NCBI GenBank assembly: GCA_013239625.1
Contig: MU054001.1
Location: forward strand, 3,354,151 to 3,418,150
Direction: 5' to 3'
Length of the DNA stretch: 64,000 bases
From: Lama guanicoe
Lineage: Eukaryota
The translations under genes were made by a program, and so were the position numbers. The notes under the pieces are model-generated. The model was not told where the DNA came from. It saw nothing but the letters and a program-made list of their open reading frames with translations, and did no database searches. Shown here piece after piece: positions 38,471 through 51,039 of this stretch (position 1 is its first letter; the number at the start of each line of letters is the position of its first letter).

Positions 38471-41053
38471 CGCCTTATGATTAGAATACTGACCCAGAAA
38501 GTTTAGACATGGAAACAGCACCTTGTCCATTTTTTTTTTTTAGTATCATCAACAATATTTTCCTGAAGAAACATTGGCTCAAGAAAACTACTATTTCATT
38601 GCCCACCTGCAGAGAGATGTCCTCACCCAGTCTCCATGAGGCTATATCCTTATATTACATGTCTCTTTCAACCATTGGCCACCCTACCTCCCAGGATACC
38701 TGGGTCATCTTCTCAGTCCTTATATACACGATGTTTTAAAAAGCCCATTTCTCCCAAGAAGATGACCTGGAAAAATCAGATAAGAGCCCCAAAATTCCCA
38801 GTTTCACTTAGTGGATTGGAAATTCCCACAGTGGCTCCTACAGCATAGGGCAATGACTGACACCTGAAGACACTGCAGGCCACTGGGGTAATTTGGATAT
38901 GATGCCAAAGGAGATCTGCCTTTTGAAGGGGGACAGCTTGATGAAAACACTGAGAATAACAATAGCTATTTCTTAATATTCTGAGTACTTAATATTCCTA
39001 TTACTAAGAGAACTAAAAACTAAGGAAAACATGTTCTTTCCTAAGGATGAAGTTATATCTTTATCAAAATATGAGGGGCTTAGAGACGTGGTGAGGGGGA
39101 TGTAGGAAGTCTATGTTGATTACTTGTTTATTCAATTCTAACAGATTTGGAGTCAAACCCACTGAAAAAGGATAGTCACCAGAAAGAACAATTATGAAGT
39201 GACAAGGATCCAATGGCAGGTCCCTTCCCCCCCATCTGAGACCCACCCACCATTCTGCCTTCACCTGTCACCCCACCTGGCCAAAGCTCCAGAGTCCATA
39301 GGCTCATTCTTCTTGTCCCCCAGATCCTTTGACCTGCAGTATCTGCAACTTCTGGTGTTCAGAAAAGGGCCAGATGGAAGGTCAGCATACATGGTTCTCA
39401 GGGCTGATGTCCCAGATTCTGCCTTCTGTTGTGGCATAGACAAGGCAGTGGGCAAGGGCACATGAGGACAGAAGATGCTCACTCAGCCACATCTCCCCTG
39501 AAGACTACAAGGAGACGGCAAAACTTGCTGCTCTCTCAGATGGAATGTGAGTGAGCTTCCCTGGGGACAACTGGATGGATCCAGCTCCAAGAGGTTCCAG
39601 AATTTGAAAGGGCAGCCAGCCTCTGGGCTGGCTGTGAAGGTTGTAGGAAAATTGTAGTGTGCGCCCTTGGAATCACCCTCTGCAGGTCTGCTCCCTGCTG
39701 CCTGCCAGTTCTTTTTGCTCTACACCAGCATCCTGCTTTTTGTTAGTCACATAGCAACTCTTGAGGGAAGGAAATGCATCCACCACCTCTACCAGGAAGC
39801 CATCGTGAGCTAGACAAGGGGGCTCCAGAACCTCTCTCACTCCTAATTTATGCCCAAATGCTTATTTCACACTGAGCCTGCCCTGGTTTCAACCACCCCA
39901 ATATCTCTTGATAAAACTGTAACAGGGCATTTGAGCTGAGATGGACTTCTGAAATCTTGCTAACTGAGAACCAAGGATATAATGCCATTTTTTCAGCTGC
40001 TGGTAGATTTCTAGTTCAAAATACTAGTAAATAACTCACTTAGAATTAGTAAATAAAATACTAAGAAAAAGCTAATAAATTGAAAGCATGCTAGAAGCAG
40101 GAGGAGGGAATCCTTCAGTAGACCAGAAAAATCTGAGCTGCTTCTGGAAGATGGAAAGTGTATGATATCCTACTGAAGGTATCATGGAAGTGGAAGCTGG
40201 AATCCAGAACATTTAGGGAACAATTTGCAAATGTGGGAGGCATTGCTCTTGGCAGAAGCCTGGAGAGACTACATGCCATGTGCCTGTGGGGAAGCAGAGC
40301 AGAGGTGAGAAGGCAGGTAGAAATCAAGGTGATGAATTGAAGTTCTGTCAGGTTCCCCTCTGCCATTCCTAGTAGTAGCATACTGAGTAAATGATGGTTT
40401 CACTTAAGGACTGGACTAGGGTTCCTTATATGGCTGTCAGGGCCTCTTTCGACATGGAGGAGGGGACAACCTGCAAGTCCACCTGCCTTTCCTAGCCTCC
40501 CGCCCCATATGTCAAGGTTTAAGTCACTCTAACATCCCATTGGAGGAAGAGTGTGTTAGAGAAACAGAGCTGTAAAACTGAAATGAAAACTCATGCCCCA
40601 CTACTGTATAAGTCAACCAAGTCCACAATGGGACATGAGTGTCTGTAAGTGGACAGTCAAAAGTCTGGAGAGAGTGGAGAAACCATGGAAGATAACTTGC
40701 AGCCCAAAACAAGCACAACAAAAAACGACCCTGGAGAGAACAGAAAATTCAGGAAACAAGAGAATTTCACCCAAAATCAAATAAGTATGCTCAGAGATAT
40801 TTAAGATTCATGAAAAGGAGAAGGCCACTCTGAAAATAAAGCAATCAGAGAATAAGAAACAGTGCTTTGACAATAAACTTGTGATGATACTGTGGCTGTC
40901 TGTGCTCACCGACCAGCTTTCACTTCTCCCTTAATCTTTCCCAGAAGAACCCCCATTTTGCTAAGGGATCCAATTAACCCGGGGATTCCACGGGACTCAA
41001 TAGGCATGTTTCGGTTATTACAAGAGGGTGAGAGGTCAAGGGGATGGAGGCAG

Positions 41054-41513
41054 AGTGGGCTAAGGAATGGCCCTTAAAGATGTCCATGTGTTAATTCTGG
41101 AAGCCTGTGAATATGTTACCTTACATGATAAAGGGACTTGGCAGATGTGATTAAGTCGAGGATCTTGAGATGGGGAGATGGGACTGGACTGCCTTGGTGA
41201 GCCCACCATATTCACAAAGTCCTTCTGGAAGGGAAGCAGGAGGGTCAGGATGGTAGTAAGAGATGTGACAATGGAAACAAAAGGTCGGAGCAATATGAAG
41301 AAAGGGCCAAGGGCCAAGGAATATAGATGGATTCTAGAAGCTGAAAAAAGCAAGGAAATGCATTTTCCCCTGACGCCCACAAACAGAGCATAGTCCTACC
41401 AACACCTTGATTTTAGGCTTCTAACTTCCAGAACTGCAAAAGAATAAATCTGTGTTGTTTTAAGTGACTGAGTTTGTGGTAATCTGGTAGAGCAGCTATA
41501 GAAACCTAATATA
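41054..41513 (+). mobile_element. MaLR solo LTR, MLT1D-like
   Basis: 'cctgtgaatatgttaccttacatgataaagggacttggcagatgtgattaag', 'tctagaagctgaaaaaagcaaggaaa'; end 'aaacctaatata'. Confidence 0.9.
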
Positions 41514-41641
41514 GGAGTTGTTATTGACTTTTAGTGGGCAGGTACCATGGATGTTAAATGTCCTGAAATGCATGAGCTGTTGCTTACAGTGAAGAATCGT
41601 CTTGACCAAAATGGCAATAATGCCAAAGTTGAGAAACACTG
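41514..41641 (+). mobile_element. MER20/MER20B 3' half (5' part ~40985-41053)
   Basis: 'tagtgggcagg...ggatgttaaatgtcctgaaatgca...gaagaatcgtc...caaaatggcaata...gttgagaaacactg'. Confidence 0.7.
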
Positions 41642-42911
41642 GGAGCTACTCAGAAATATCTTTTCTCGTTTGCCAATGGCTGGGTCAAGAATGGACACAT
41701 GATTCAGTCCAAAGGGTTGTAAAGAGAGTTTGGCTAGGTTTCCAAGAGGTCCTCAGAGGTGTCCTCCTCTGGAAAGACACTAACAAAGAAGCACACACAC
41801 CCAGTTCCTCCTGGAAGTCACCCTACCGTCATGATGGAAACTGGCTTTAGGATAAAATTAGCACCTTGGATAAAAGAATAAGGATGGACAGAATGTAGAC
41901 CATCATGATATGTTTGAATAGGTAAGTTAACCAATTCTGAACTCTCTCCCACCTCTGAACTTACAGTTCTACCATTGTTTTAAAAAAGACCTTATTGCTT
42001 AAGCCATTTGAATTTGACTTTCTCTTGCAGAAAATGTATTCTAAGTAATACAATTGCAAAAATGTCAATGGAATTGTCAAAACATAAGGTCAAAGAAGAC
42101 TGCCCCCAAAGAAAAAGACACAAAATGAGTGAAAAATTAATAAATGTAAGGTAGCAATATAGACGTTCCAACACATGCAAAAATGGAGGTGTTAAATTAA
42201 CCAAGTACAGTCATATAATGGAATGTTATTAGGCAATAAAAGGAACAAGACGCTGATACACACTACCATATGATATTTTTATAAAAACTTACAGAGCGTA
42301 AAAACAGGTTATCTACAATGTACAAGGCTCAAAACTGCATCTAATTTGTGAAAACAATATGGGATACTGGAAGTTAGGGCCAAGTAAACAGAAAATAAAA
42401 ATTTGTTATTTGAGCCTAGAATTTTATACTTGGCCAAACTATAAAAATGATGAGTGTATGTGTGGGAAGGAGGTGAATATCAGACATGCGAGAATTTATA
42501 GAGTTTTTTTTCCACATAAGTTTTTTAAAATTTACTTGACAATAAAATACAGGAAACAGGAAAGGAATTATGAGAAAATGTGGGATTCAGTCCACAGGGG
42601 ATCTAACTGCAGCCTGAAATGAAGAGAAATCCCAAAATGAGTTCTGTGAAGCACGTCTAGAAAACAACGTATCCAAGTTTGAATTAGAAATCAGAGGGCT
42701 ACTAGGAAAACTTTCAAGAAGAAAGTGGACTCATTCTTACCAATAGTATGATTAAGTAGCTGGGCGACCTTAATTAAGACAGAAAGGTATAATTTTGTCA
42801 ACCAGGAAAAAAAGAAAAAGAACCCACAAACTCCAGGAAAGAAAATACAAGAAAATTCCTGGTGTGAATAAAAATAGACTAAAAAGTGGCATAAATTGAA
42901 GCTGTGGAGGG

Positions 42912-43915
42912 TGGTGCTGCTCTAACAAATTAACATGGACTCAGTGGCTTAAATAACAAAACATCCTCTCTTACAGTTGTGGAGATCAGAGTCCAAAACC
43001 ATTCTCACTGAGCTGAAGGCAAGATGTCATCAGGGATGGATCCTTCTAGAAGCTCTAGGGGAGAATCCCTTTCCTGGTCTTTCTGGCTTCTGGAGGTCTC
43101 CTACATTCCTTGACTTACAGCCCCTTCCAAAATCTTCAAAGCCAGCAATGTAGTATCTTCAGTCTCTCTCTGATTTCCTGACCTCTGCTTCTGAAAGGGA
43201 TCAAGATATGCCACCTCAAAATACACTACTTTGGCATAGGAATTATTTTGTGCTGAAGGCATGTGACTTTCTGAAGCCCTTATCTGCCTCAAAGCAGAGA
43301 CTCCCAAAAGAACTCAAATGTCATAAATCCCTCCTGGGTAGCAGCTCTAATATTCTCCTTTTGGAGGGACTGTTGACAACACAGCCAGATAGACATCCTC
43401 ACAAACTGTCATATGTCTCATCTGTTCTGCTAAGGACCCACTTAACTTTCCAAAAGGTCATTTGCTTTTTCATAAGTGCCCTTTCTCCCCCTCCCTTTCC
43501 CTACAATGTTCCATATATAGACCCTAAATTCTAACCACCCCTTTGACTTAGAATTTAGACTTTATATACTCATCTTTGGGTACTCTCATGTGTATGCACT
43601 ATGCACATGCTAATACACTTCTGTTGGTGTTTCTCCTTTTAATTTGTCTTTTGTCAGTCAAATTATAGGGCCCCCAGCCAGAGAATTTAGAAGAGTAGAA
43701 AGTAAAATTAATTTCCCTCTTCTATACTTCAATCATCACATCTCCTCTGACTCTGATACTTCTGTCTCTCTCTTCAGAGGACCCTTGTGATTTCATGCAG
43801 GGTCATGCACATAATCCATAATCCAGGACACTCCCCTCAACTCAAGATGGTCTTTTTTTCCATGTAACATATTCACAGATGAGGGAATTAAGATGTGAAC
43901 AACTTTAGGGGGTCT
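42912..43915 (-). mobile_element. MLT1C-like LTR split by a MER34-type LTR
   Basis: 'tgctgctctaacaaatt...agtggcttaaataaca', 'ctctaggggagaatcc'; resumes 'aggacccttgtgatt...ataatccaggac'. Confidence 0.8.
43192..43726 (+). mobile_element. MER34-family ERV1 solo LTR
   Basis: 'tgaaagggatcaagatatgccacctcaaaata...tttggcataggaattattttgtgctgaaggca'; perfect 4-bp TSD CTTC at 43188-43191 and 43727-43730. Confidence 0.85.
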
Positions 43916-44483
43916 CTGTCACAGAGGGTGAGAAGGAAGAATCCATGTGACTGATACTAGGAACATTTTCCTAAAACCAATATCAGTACAGTTTATGAGG
44001 TTTCAACCTATAGAAAAAAAAACATTGATTATTAAATATAATTACAAGGCATAAAATGTTAATAAACTTCAGCAATCTAAAAATAATAACATGGCTGATA
44101 GAAATGAAAGAAAGTGGAAGAACTATATAAAAATGCTAATTTCCTTTCTCTTACAGGGGGAAGAAATGAGATACAAAGTAGTTATCGGATTAAGAAATAG
44201 AACTATATTATTTAGCAGTTCTAAACTCTCCAATAGGAAAACTTGAAATCACTTAACCAACAAAATTGGGAGAAGGACATGAGAATAATAATCATCTTTC
44301 TTCTTGAAAGACATGGCTCAGAATTGATTGACCAAGAAGTAGAGCTATGAGTGTCCTATGTGGACTTGTGAAATCAACTCAGGGTAACTAAAATCAAAAA
44401 CAATTCAATGTGGTTACTTCTGTGGGGTGGGATGAGACTATGGCGGGTAGAGGAAAGGAATGCTTTGTTTTCCATTTTATACC

Positions 44484-44894
44484 TGGATGTCCCCCTCAAG
44501 ATTCCCCTTGGAGAAGAAAGAAATGATGCATTTCAGTAGCTGCTGGGAATACTGCTCGATAGTCCTCAGCTCTCAGCTCTCCTTAGGTTGTGTCTCAGCT
44601 AAAGAAAGCTGCCTTGCTTGGGTTCCCACTTCCTGTGGAGGCAATTTACATAAAAGGGTGGGTCTGGGGCAGCAAGTCCCATGCCAACCAATTCTTAAGG
44701 GCCATCCCAGTTTCCAGGGTGCCCATGGAGTGACTGCCCATTGAGACAGCATCACACCCCAACCACCCTTGCCACCCCAGTCTTGCTTTCACCCTGTGCC
44801 TCATAAATGTTGATCCCAAGAATCTTCCATAAGAAGCTTCCTACTTGCTGGTCTCCATCTTAGAGTCTGCTTCCTACAGGACCCAGCCTGGAAT
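44484..44894 (+). mobile_element. LTR33-family (ERVL) solo LTR
   Basis: 'ctcagctaaagaaagctgccttgc', 'gggccatcccagtttccag', 'tgttgatcccaaga', 'ctccatcttagagtctgcttcc'. Confidence 0.75.
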
Positions 44895-45394
44895 AAATCG
44901 TTTTACATTAACTTTTAAAAACTATGCTTAAACTACTTTTATAAATGTTATCACAGAACCATGAGCACAGTCTTGTTTGTTTCTTTTTTCTAGCAATAAA
45001 GGTCCATTTAAAATTTGAGGGAAGATTAAATTTTTATTTTGAGAAAAATATAGTAAGGGATTGTTTGCCTATGCCGTTATACCTACTTCCTCCATCAATA
45101 ATGGAGGGGTTTAAACCAACAAGGAGCTAAAATGTTTTGCATTGTAATGGAGAACATTGTCTTAGGGGACTGTGTGTGGCCTTGTGACTTCTCAGTACAC
45201 TTTGGTGCAGTGTTTTTCAACTGCAAGACTTATTAGTGGGTTTTAAACTCAATTTGGAAAGTCAAAGCCCAAACTTTTTTCCCAGAGGAACAAGAGTGCA
45301 TTGCTATCCTCTGTCCAAACACATGAACATGTAGAAATTATTGTCAGAGCATCTCATGCCATAGGAAACTATCCGGTCTTAGTCAGAACTTCTG

Positions 45395-45948
45395 CTGGTT
45401 TCCCATAACACTAAAATAAAATCCAAAATCCTAATCAAGTTTTACAAGGTCCTGCAAGACCTCATCTCCACCTGTGCCTTAATTCACACCATATCACTTC
45501 TCATCTCGCTCATTACTCTGAAGCCATACTGTCTCTCTGCCATCTTATAGCTTGCCACACTGATTTCTGCCCCGGGACGTTTGCACTAGCAGTTCCCTTT
45601 GAAATGCCTGAAATCATCTCCCTTAGATCTTTGCTCTATCTTGTCATTCAAGTCTCAGCTCAAACACCTCCTCAGCACAGAGACCTTCACTGTCCATCTA
45701 ATATAAAGCCATATCTTCTTCTTTTTTTATATCACTCAGCTTTATTTTTTCCAAAACGCTTACTGCCAACTGGAGTTCTCTTGTATACCTCTTTACTTGC
45801 TTATTATCTATTCTTCTTGTCCGTTTAGAAGGTAACCTTCTCAAAGCAGGAACTTTCTTTGTCTCTTGGCTCTGCTGTCTTTAAAGCATCTAAAACACTT
45901 CTTGGCCCTAGTAGGTTCTCAATAAATATTTATTGAATAAGCAAATGC
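45395..45948 (+). mobile_element. L2 3' portion
   Basis: 'aataaaatccaaaatcct', 'tttgcactagcagttccc', 'tcaagtctcagctcaaa'; end 'ctcaataaatatttattgaat'. Confidence 0.8.
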
Positions 45949-46859
45949 TATCATACTATCTGAATTTGGAATGTTTAGCAATGTCACCCCAAATTAGGGG
46001 GAAATCTCTTTATTTTTAGCAAAATTAGGAGATAGATTCACAACTTTGAAATACCTCAAGTGCTGACAACCTAACTTACATTGAGACACAGCATGCCCAG
46101 TCCACTGTGGGTCTTGAAAGCTGTGGCCTTCTCCCCAGGGGAAAAATAAGTGCTGGATATACACAAAATACAGTGCATACAATTCCAAGATTTCTATCCC
46201 CACAAGTTGAGAAGCCCTGCTCTGAAGACGATGTGAAAACCATTTGTAAATGGCATAGAATGAGCAGGTGAGTCAGCATTGCTGGAGTAACTGAATGTCT
46301 TATTTTGTTCCTTGCTGGTCAACACCATTTAAACAAGTCTGGCTAAATGGGTGCTTCCTCGTGGAACAGGGAGATCAGGGCTGAGCTGGCAGGAAGATCG
46401 AAGGGGTCACCCATCTAACCCCTCGCCGGGCATGACTGCTCTTCTGAACGAACTCAGCTGCTCTGTGATCTTATCAACCACCCTCCTGGCCTCCGTTAAC
46501 CTCTCTGAAGAGATATTAGCCCCATCTCGAGTAATTACCTTGAAATGTGTCAGTCTCCTGTATTTGACTATAAATTCATCAAGGCAGGTTTGCCTAAGAA
46601 TCTCAAGGACAGAGTTTCCACAATGCTTCAACATTGATGACGCAGATACTGGGCGCAGGCCCCAAGCTCTGAACTTTTTGCTAATAAACTATCTTAATTT
46701 TCTCAAATTTAGTACTCACCACAATCCTAAGGGATGTCTCCTCGCATTTATTTGCCCATTGATTTATTGTTTTACTTTCTTCACTAGAACTTAGGTTCTG
46801 TGAGACCATCAGTTACAGGTGAGTGCTGCAAGCAGAGTTGAATAAGTAAATGAAGGAAG

Positions 46860-47480
46860 GAGTGCCCACTCCATGCCAGGCACAATTCTAGGCACTGACA
46901 ATACAGAAGAGAACAAGATAAGAAAGCCCTGGCTCTCGTAAGGCAGGCTCCTCAAAAGGCCATAAATAAATAGGTAACTTTTATATTTTATTTCAGATTA
47001 TGACCAGTCCTCTAAAGAAAAAACAATAAAGCTGGTTAATGAACTTGAGAGTGACTTGTGGCAGGAGGTGGGTAGTCAGGGGAGCCCCCTCTGAGGAAGA
47101 AATGTTTAAGCAAAGATTGACTCATAAGCAGAAGGCAGCAATGGTAAGATTCCAAATGGCAGGAAGAGCAAGTGAAAAGGCCCTGAGGTGGGAGTTTGCT
47201 GTGGTCAAGGAGCAGAGAGAAGGCCACTGTGTCTAGACCTAATGGGTGCCAGGTCAAGTTCAGGTGTCTGGGGACACTGGCAGGGGCCAGATCATGTAGT
47301 GTAAGAATTCTGGGTTTTAATCCAGTATTATTGGAAGCCATAGAATGGTTTTAAATAGGAGGCTGAACTAACATCTTCAAAAGATCACCTTTGCTTCTGT
47401 CTAGAGAATGGCCTCTACGGGTCAGAGAAGTACCAGGGTGTGAATAAATGGACAGAGGGACAGAGGACTGGATGAAAGAG
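46860..47480 (-). mobile_element. L2 fragment
   Basis: 'atgccaggcacaattctaggcactg', 'aaggccctgaggtgggag', 'ggaagccatagaatggttttaaatagg', 'aaaagatcac'. Confidence 0.75.
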
Positions 47481-47899
47481 TAATGGAGAAGGATGGCTGC
47501 CTGGAGCCAGGAGACCCAGGATCTAATCCCAGCTGCGCCCTCCCCACGCCCTGACCACTTTACAGGACGGATGAGTCGCTTTCTGCCCCGGCCTCCATTT
47601 TCCTACTCCATCTTCCAAGACCACTGTAACTGTGACATTCTGGAAATTTCTGCATCTCAGTCTTGTTCTTGTCATTCAGGTGCAGAGACAAATCTAAAGA
47701 CAGCAGGTCGGTCCCCTGCCTGCCTGACCAGCCCTGAGACAGCCCACCTGACATGCAGGCGACAAAACTCAGGCCAGCTTTAACATGGCCTGCTGCTGGG
47801 GAGGGCTCATGGAACCCAACTGTGTCCTTCCTACTGGCTTTCATTGTCTCCAACAGAGGGGACAGGGGATGTTGCCTACTTGATTCTGCTTCTTAATCA

Positions 47900-49200
47900 A
47901 AAGACAGGCGACACTCCGCTTTTAAAACAGTAATTCATCAGGGAGTCTTTGATCGGGTCTATTTCTTGTTTTGCTCTTTGCTCCCCCTAAAGAACACATA
48001 GATGCCCCCCCTGGGCTCATCCCAGCCCTTCCTCCGGGAGGGGAGAGGTGCTCCATCTCGGCCAGCATTCCAAGCGCTGTAACATCGCATTTGGTTGCTG
48101 CTTGTAACCAAAGAGAAAAGGGGTTTGACCTGGTTGGATATTGAATCTGGCTCCCTCCCTCCCGCCTTCCCTTTCATCTCCCAAAGTGGTCCTCTCCTGG
48201 TGTATGGGAGAGGGCTGGTGCCGGGCTGGGGTCACCCCGCCTCCCCCGCCCGACTTCCTCAGCTCCCTCGCCCTTCGGACACTTGCTTATGCAGCTGCTT
48301 GATATAAATTCCTCACATACATCTCCGGCCAGCCGGTTTATTTTTATAAACAATAAATAGGACGACATTCCTATGGTGTCCCACTCCGGCCGGCCTAGTG
48401 TGCAGAGCTGGGGGACAGGGATGGAACATTGATGGGGTTTATACAGATGGCAGTCCGCGTGTCGTAAACCTTGTAAACACGAGGGAGGGTTGTTGTTTCG
48501 GTTTTTTTTTTTTAAGAAACACAAACAACAACAATTCGCCCCCCACCCTGTTTTCTTTCTTTCCCCAAGATCACAAGGCATTAGCCAGGCCTACAAATCA
48601 CCACCAGATGATATTAAGTTGCTTGGATAACACTGAGGATCCCTTCCGGTGTGTTATTTTTCTTCATTAGAAACGATGGCCCAAGTGCACCAAATCCTCT
48701 TTCCTTCTCCTCAAAATTTATAGATCGCAGTCTCTAAACTAATTGTTAGTTGCACACTTGGCCGCAAGCTGTTTGTCCACAGAGCAATTACCTCCAAGGC
48801 CTTGATTAAAGGCACGGGGCGGGGGTTGCAGAAGTGTGAGGAAAATGAAACACTCCGGCTGCGTGGGTATCCTGCTCTGACATCCGTCTGTGGATAAGAG
48901 CAAGTGACGGGCTCCCTTACCCATCACAGGCCGCTGTTCAAAGCCCAGGATATGACAGGCCGCGGGATGCAGGCTGCTGACTAGGAACCAAAGCAGCTTC
49001 AAGGCCACCAGGAGCACCTTCCAGGGAACAAGGAGCGTCTTCTCAGATTCCACATCTCGCCCTCCCGGGTCCGGGTACTTCCGGCTGCTCATATTCATTT
49101 ACTTCCCCGTGGAGAAGCCAAGTGAGAGGCAGCTTTGCTTCCAATTTTTTAAAAATTAGAAGTTCTGGGTTCCACACCTTTTTAGATGGATCTGTTGTCC
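47900..49200. promoter_or_regulatory. CpG-enriched, repeat-free candidate promoter/enhancer
   Basis: About 40 CpGs by hand count in 48001-49110; GC boxes 48235-48251, TATAAA 48303, TEAD CATTCC near 48066 and 48366, GTCGTAAA 48461, TGTAAACA 48472, ETS ACTTCCGG 49077. Confidence 0.55.
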
Positions 49201-50544
49201 CAGTTCCTTCCAGTCCCCACCAGACCTTGCTTTGTTCTTTCATGTCAGTTTCCTGCATCCTGTAGGCAGTTGAGTTTGTGAACCGTAGATTCTGGGACTT
49301 TTCTAAAGGATGTCAAACAACAAATGAAGCATCCGCTTTCTGTTCTATTTAATTTCTTCCTAAAATCTAAAAGAGGGACTCTCCAAGATTTGGCCAACTA
49401 TTGCTCTTTTAACTCTTTAATTTCAGTTTTTTATAATGATGGTTCTCAATTTTTACAGCAGAAGAGTTTCTCCCCTGATCTCCAGGTCACACTGTGGCCC
49501 AGTTATCTAAGCTCCACGCACTTGACCCAGATTCAGGAGCACAAACCAGTGAGTTTCCCATTTGACTTCAGTTCATGGTAGGTTCCATGGAACCAGCTTT
49601 TGTGGTTTTGACTTTTCCTTTGAGTAGATAAACTTTCAAAAATTATTCCCATCCTCCCTCTACCTGACATCTCATGCCTATGAATTTTCATGGATTTTTT
49701 TTTCTCCCTGCACGGCTTTCCAATTTTCCTTTTCCCTTGTATCAAAGTACTGCCTGTGCAAAGGTCTGGAGGCTCAGAGATGAATTATTCATGGTGCCTG
49801 TCCTCAAGGAGCTCACAGACAATAAGAGTTAATTTACAGGATTGTCTAAGAAGGGTTGTGAGCATTCTCAGGTGATACCCCAATTGCATCTGGGGTATTT
49901 ACTTAACCGTGGAAGAGCCAAGCTATGGGTGGCCCACTCAGATTTTTGATTGCCCAACTATTTGAATAATTGAGGGTTGTGAAGGGAGACCAGTTAGCGT
50001 GGGAGACTAGAGCGATGTTCCAAGATGTCTTGCGTTGAGATTTCCCATTTGTTTAGTCTGTAGATGTAAATCAGAGTGCAAACCCAGACTGTAGACTGCC
50101 CGGTCAGGCCCCATTTTCTTTGTCTGGTCTTCCGTGTTGAGGGTTTGGTGGCATTTATGATTAGTTGACTGATTCCAATGAGGAAGTTTAAAGACCAAGG
50201 GCAAGAAAGCCTGGGTCAGGGGGTTAACCCTGTGGCCAGCTTCTGGCTGGGACCACCCTGCATAAAGATACTTTCTTTATAAAACCTAGTTAGAGGTTTT
50301 TTTGTGTTTTATATAATAGACATTTCCAGCTGACGGCCTGGAGGAGACCCCTACCGTCAGTGGGGACAAAGACAACCAGCAGAAGGGAAGTGCATCTCCC
50401 CCTTGGATCAGTGGCTCAGTGGCTCACTGTGGCCAAAGAATTCGGGCTTTGAAGTCAAGTTAAACCGAAAGTCAAATGTCAACACTTCCCAGCAGTGCCG
50501 TTATGCTGTGCAATTTAGGGAAAGATGCTAAAATTCGCTTATGT

Positions 50545-50680
50545 ATTATTTATTTATTCAGCAAATATCTCCTGAGCTCCTACTATGTGCCTGACTCAGT
50601 GCTAAGCCCTGGGGCCACAGCAGAGAGAAGACAGACAAGTTCTGGGCCTACAGAGCTTCAACATGGTGGATGGTGGAGAA
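50545..50680 (-). mobile_element. L2 3' end flanked by MIR pieces
   Basis: 'ttattcagcaaatatctcctgagctcctactatgtgcc'. Confidence 0.7.
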
Positions 50681-51039
50681 CTGAGCACAATTACCCTCTC
50701 CATGGTGGGCCTCCAGTACCCATCCTAAGAACTATGATGAGATTGGGGCAGTGCCTATAAGCACATCAATCGTGGGCCTCCATAAATGTGACATCTGTTC
50801 CCTTTGGTCTGAGTAAAAGAGCTTCTGAGCAATTTGATGCTTCCTAGATCTTGAACCCTTGGCTATGTCTGCATATTTTCTTCAATATTCAAAAAAATCT
50901 TTATTCAGCAGCAATTGTCTGGCACTGTTCTAGGCACTTGGGATGCATTGGTGAACAACAAGGATCTCTGGGCTCATAGAGTCACCAGATGGGGCCAAAC
51001 GGTGAATCACTGACATGCGAAAGAAGCAAATTGGATAGT

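Larger units (their letters stand above)
40891..42052 (+). mobile_element. MLT1J/K-like LTR split by MER20B and MLT1D
   Basis: Start 'tgtggc...agaacccccattttg'; end 'ttattgcttaagccatttgaatttg...cttgcag...ctaagtaataca'. Confidence 0.6.
40640..44480 (+). mobile_element. HAL1-like (ORF1-only half-L1) remnant in several pieces
   Basis: ORF1-like 'gcaatcagagaataagaaacagtgc', 'gcctagaattttatacttggccaaacta' and HAL1-type 'ggggatctaac...tagaaaacaacgtatccaag'. Confidence 0.6.
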
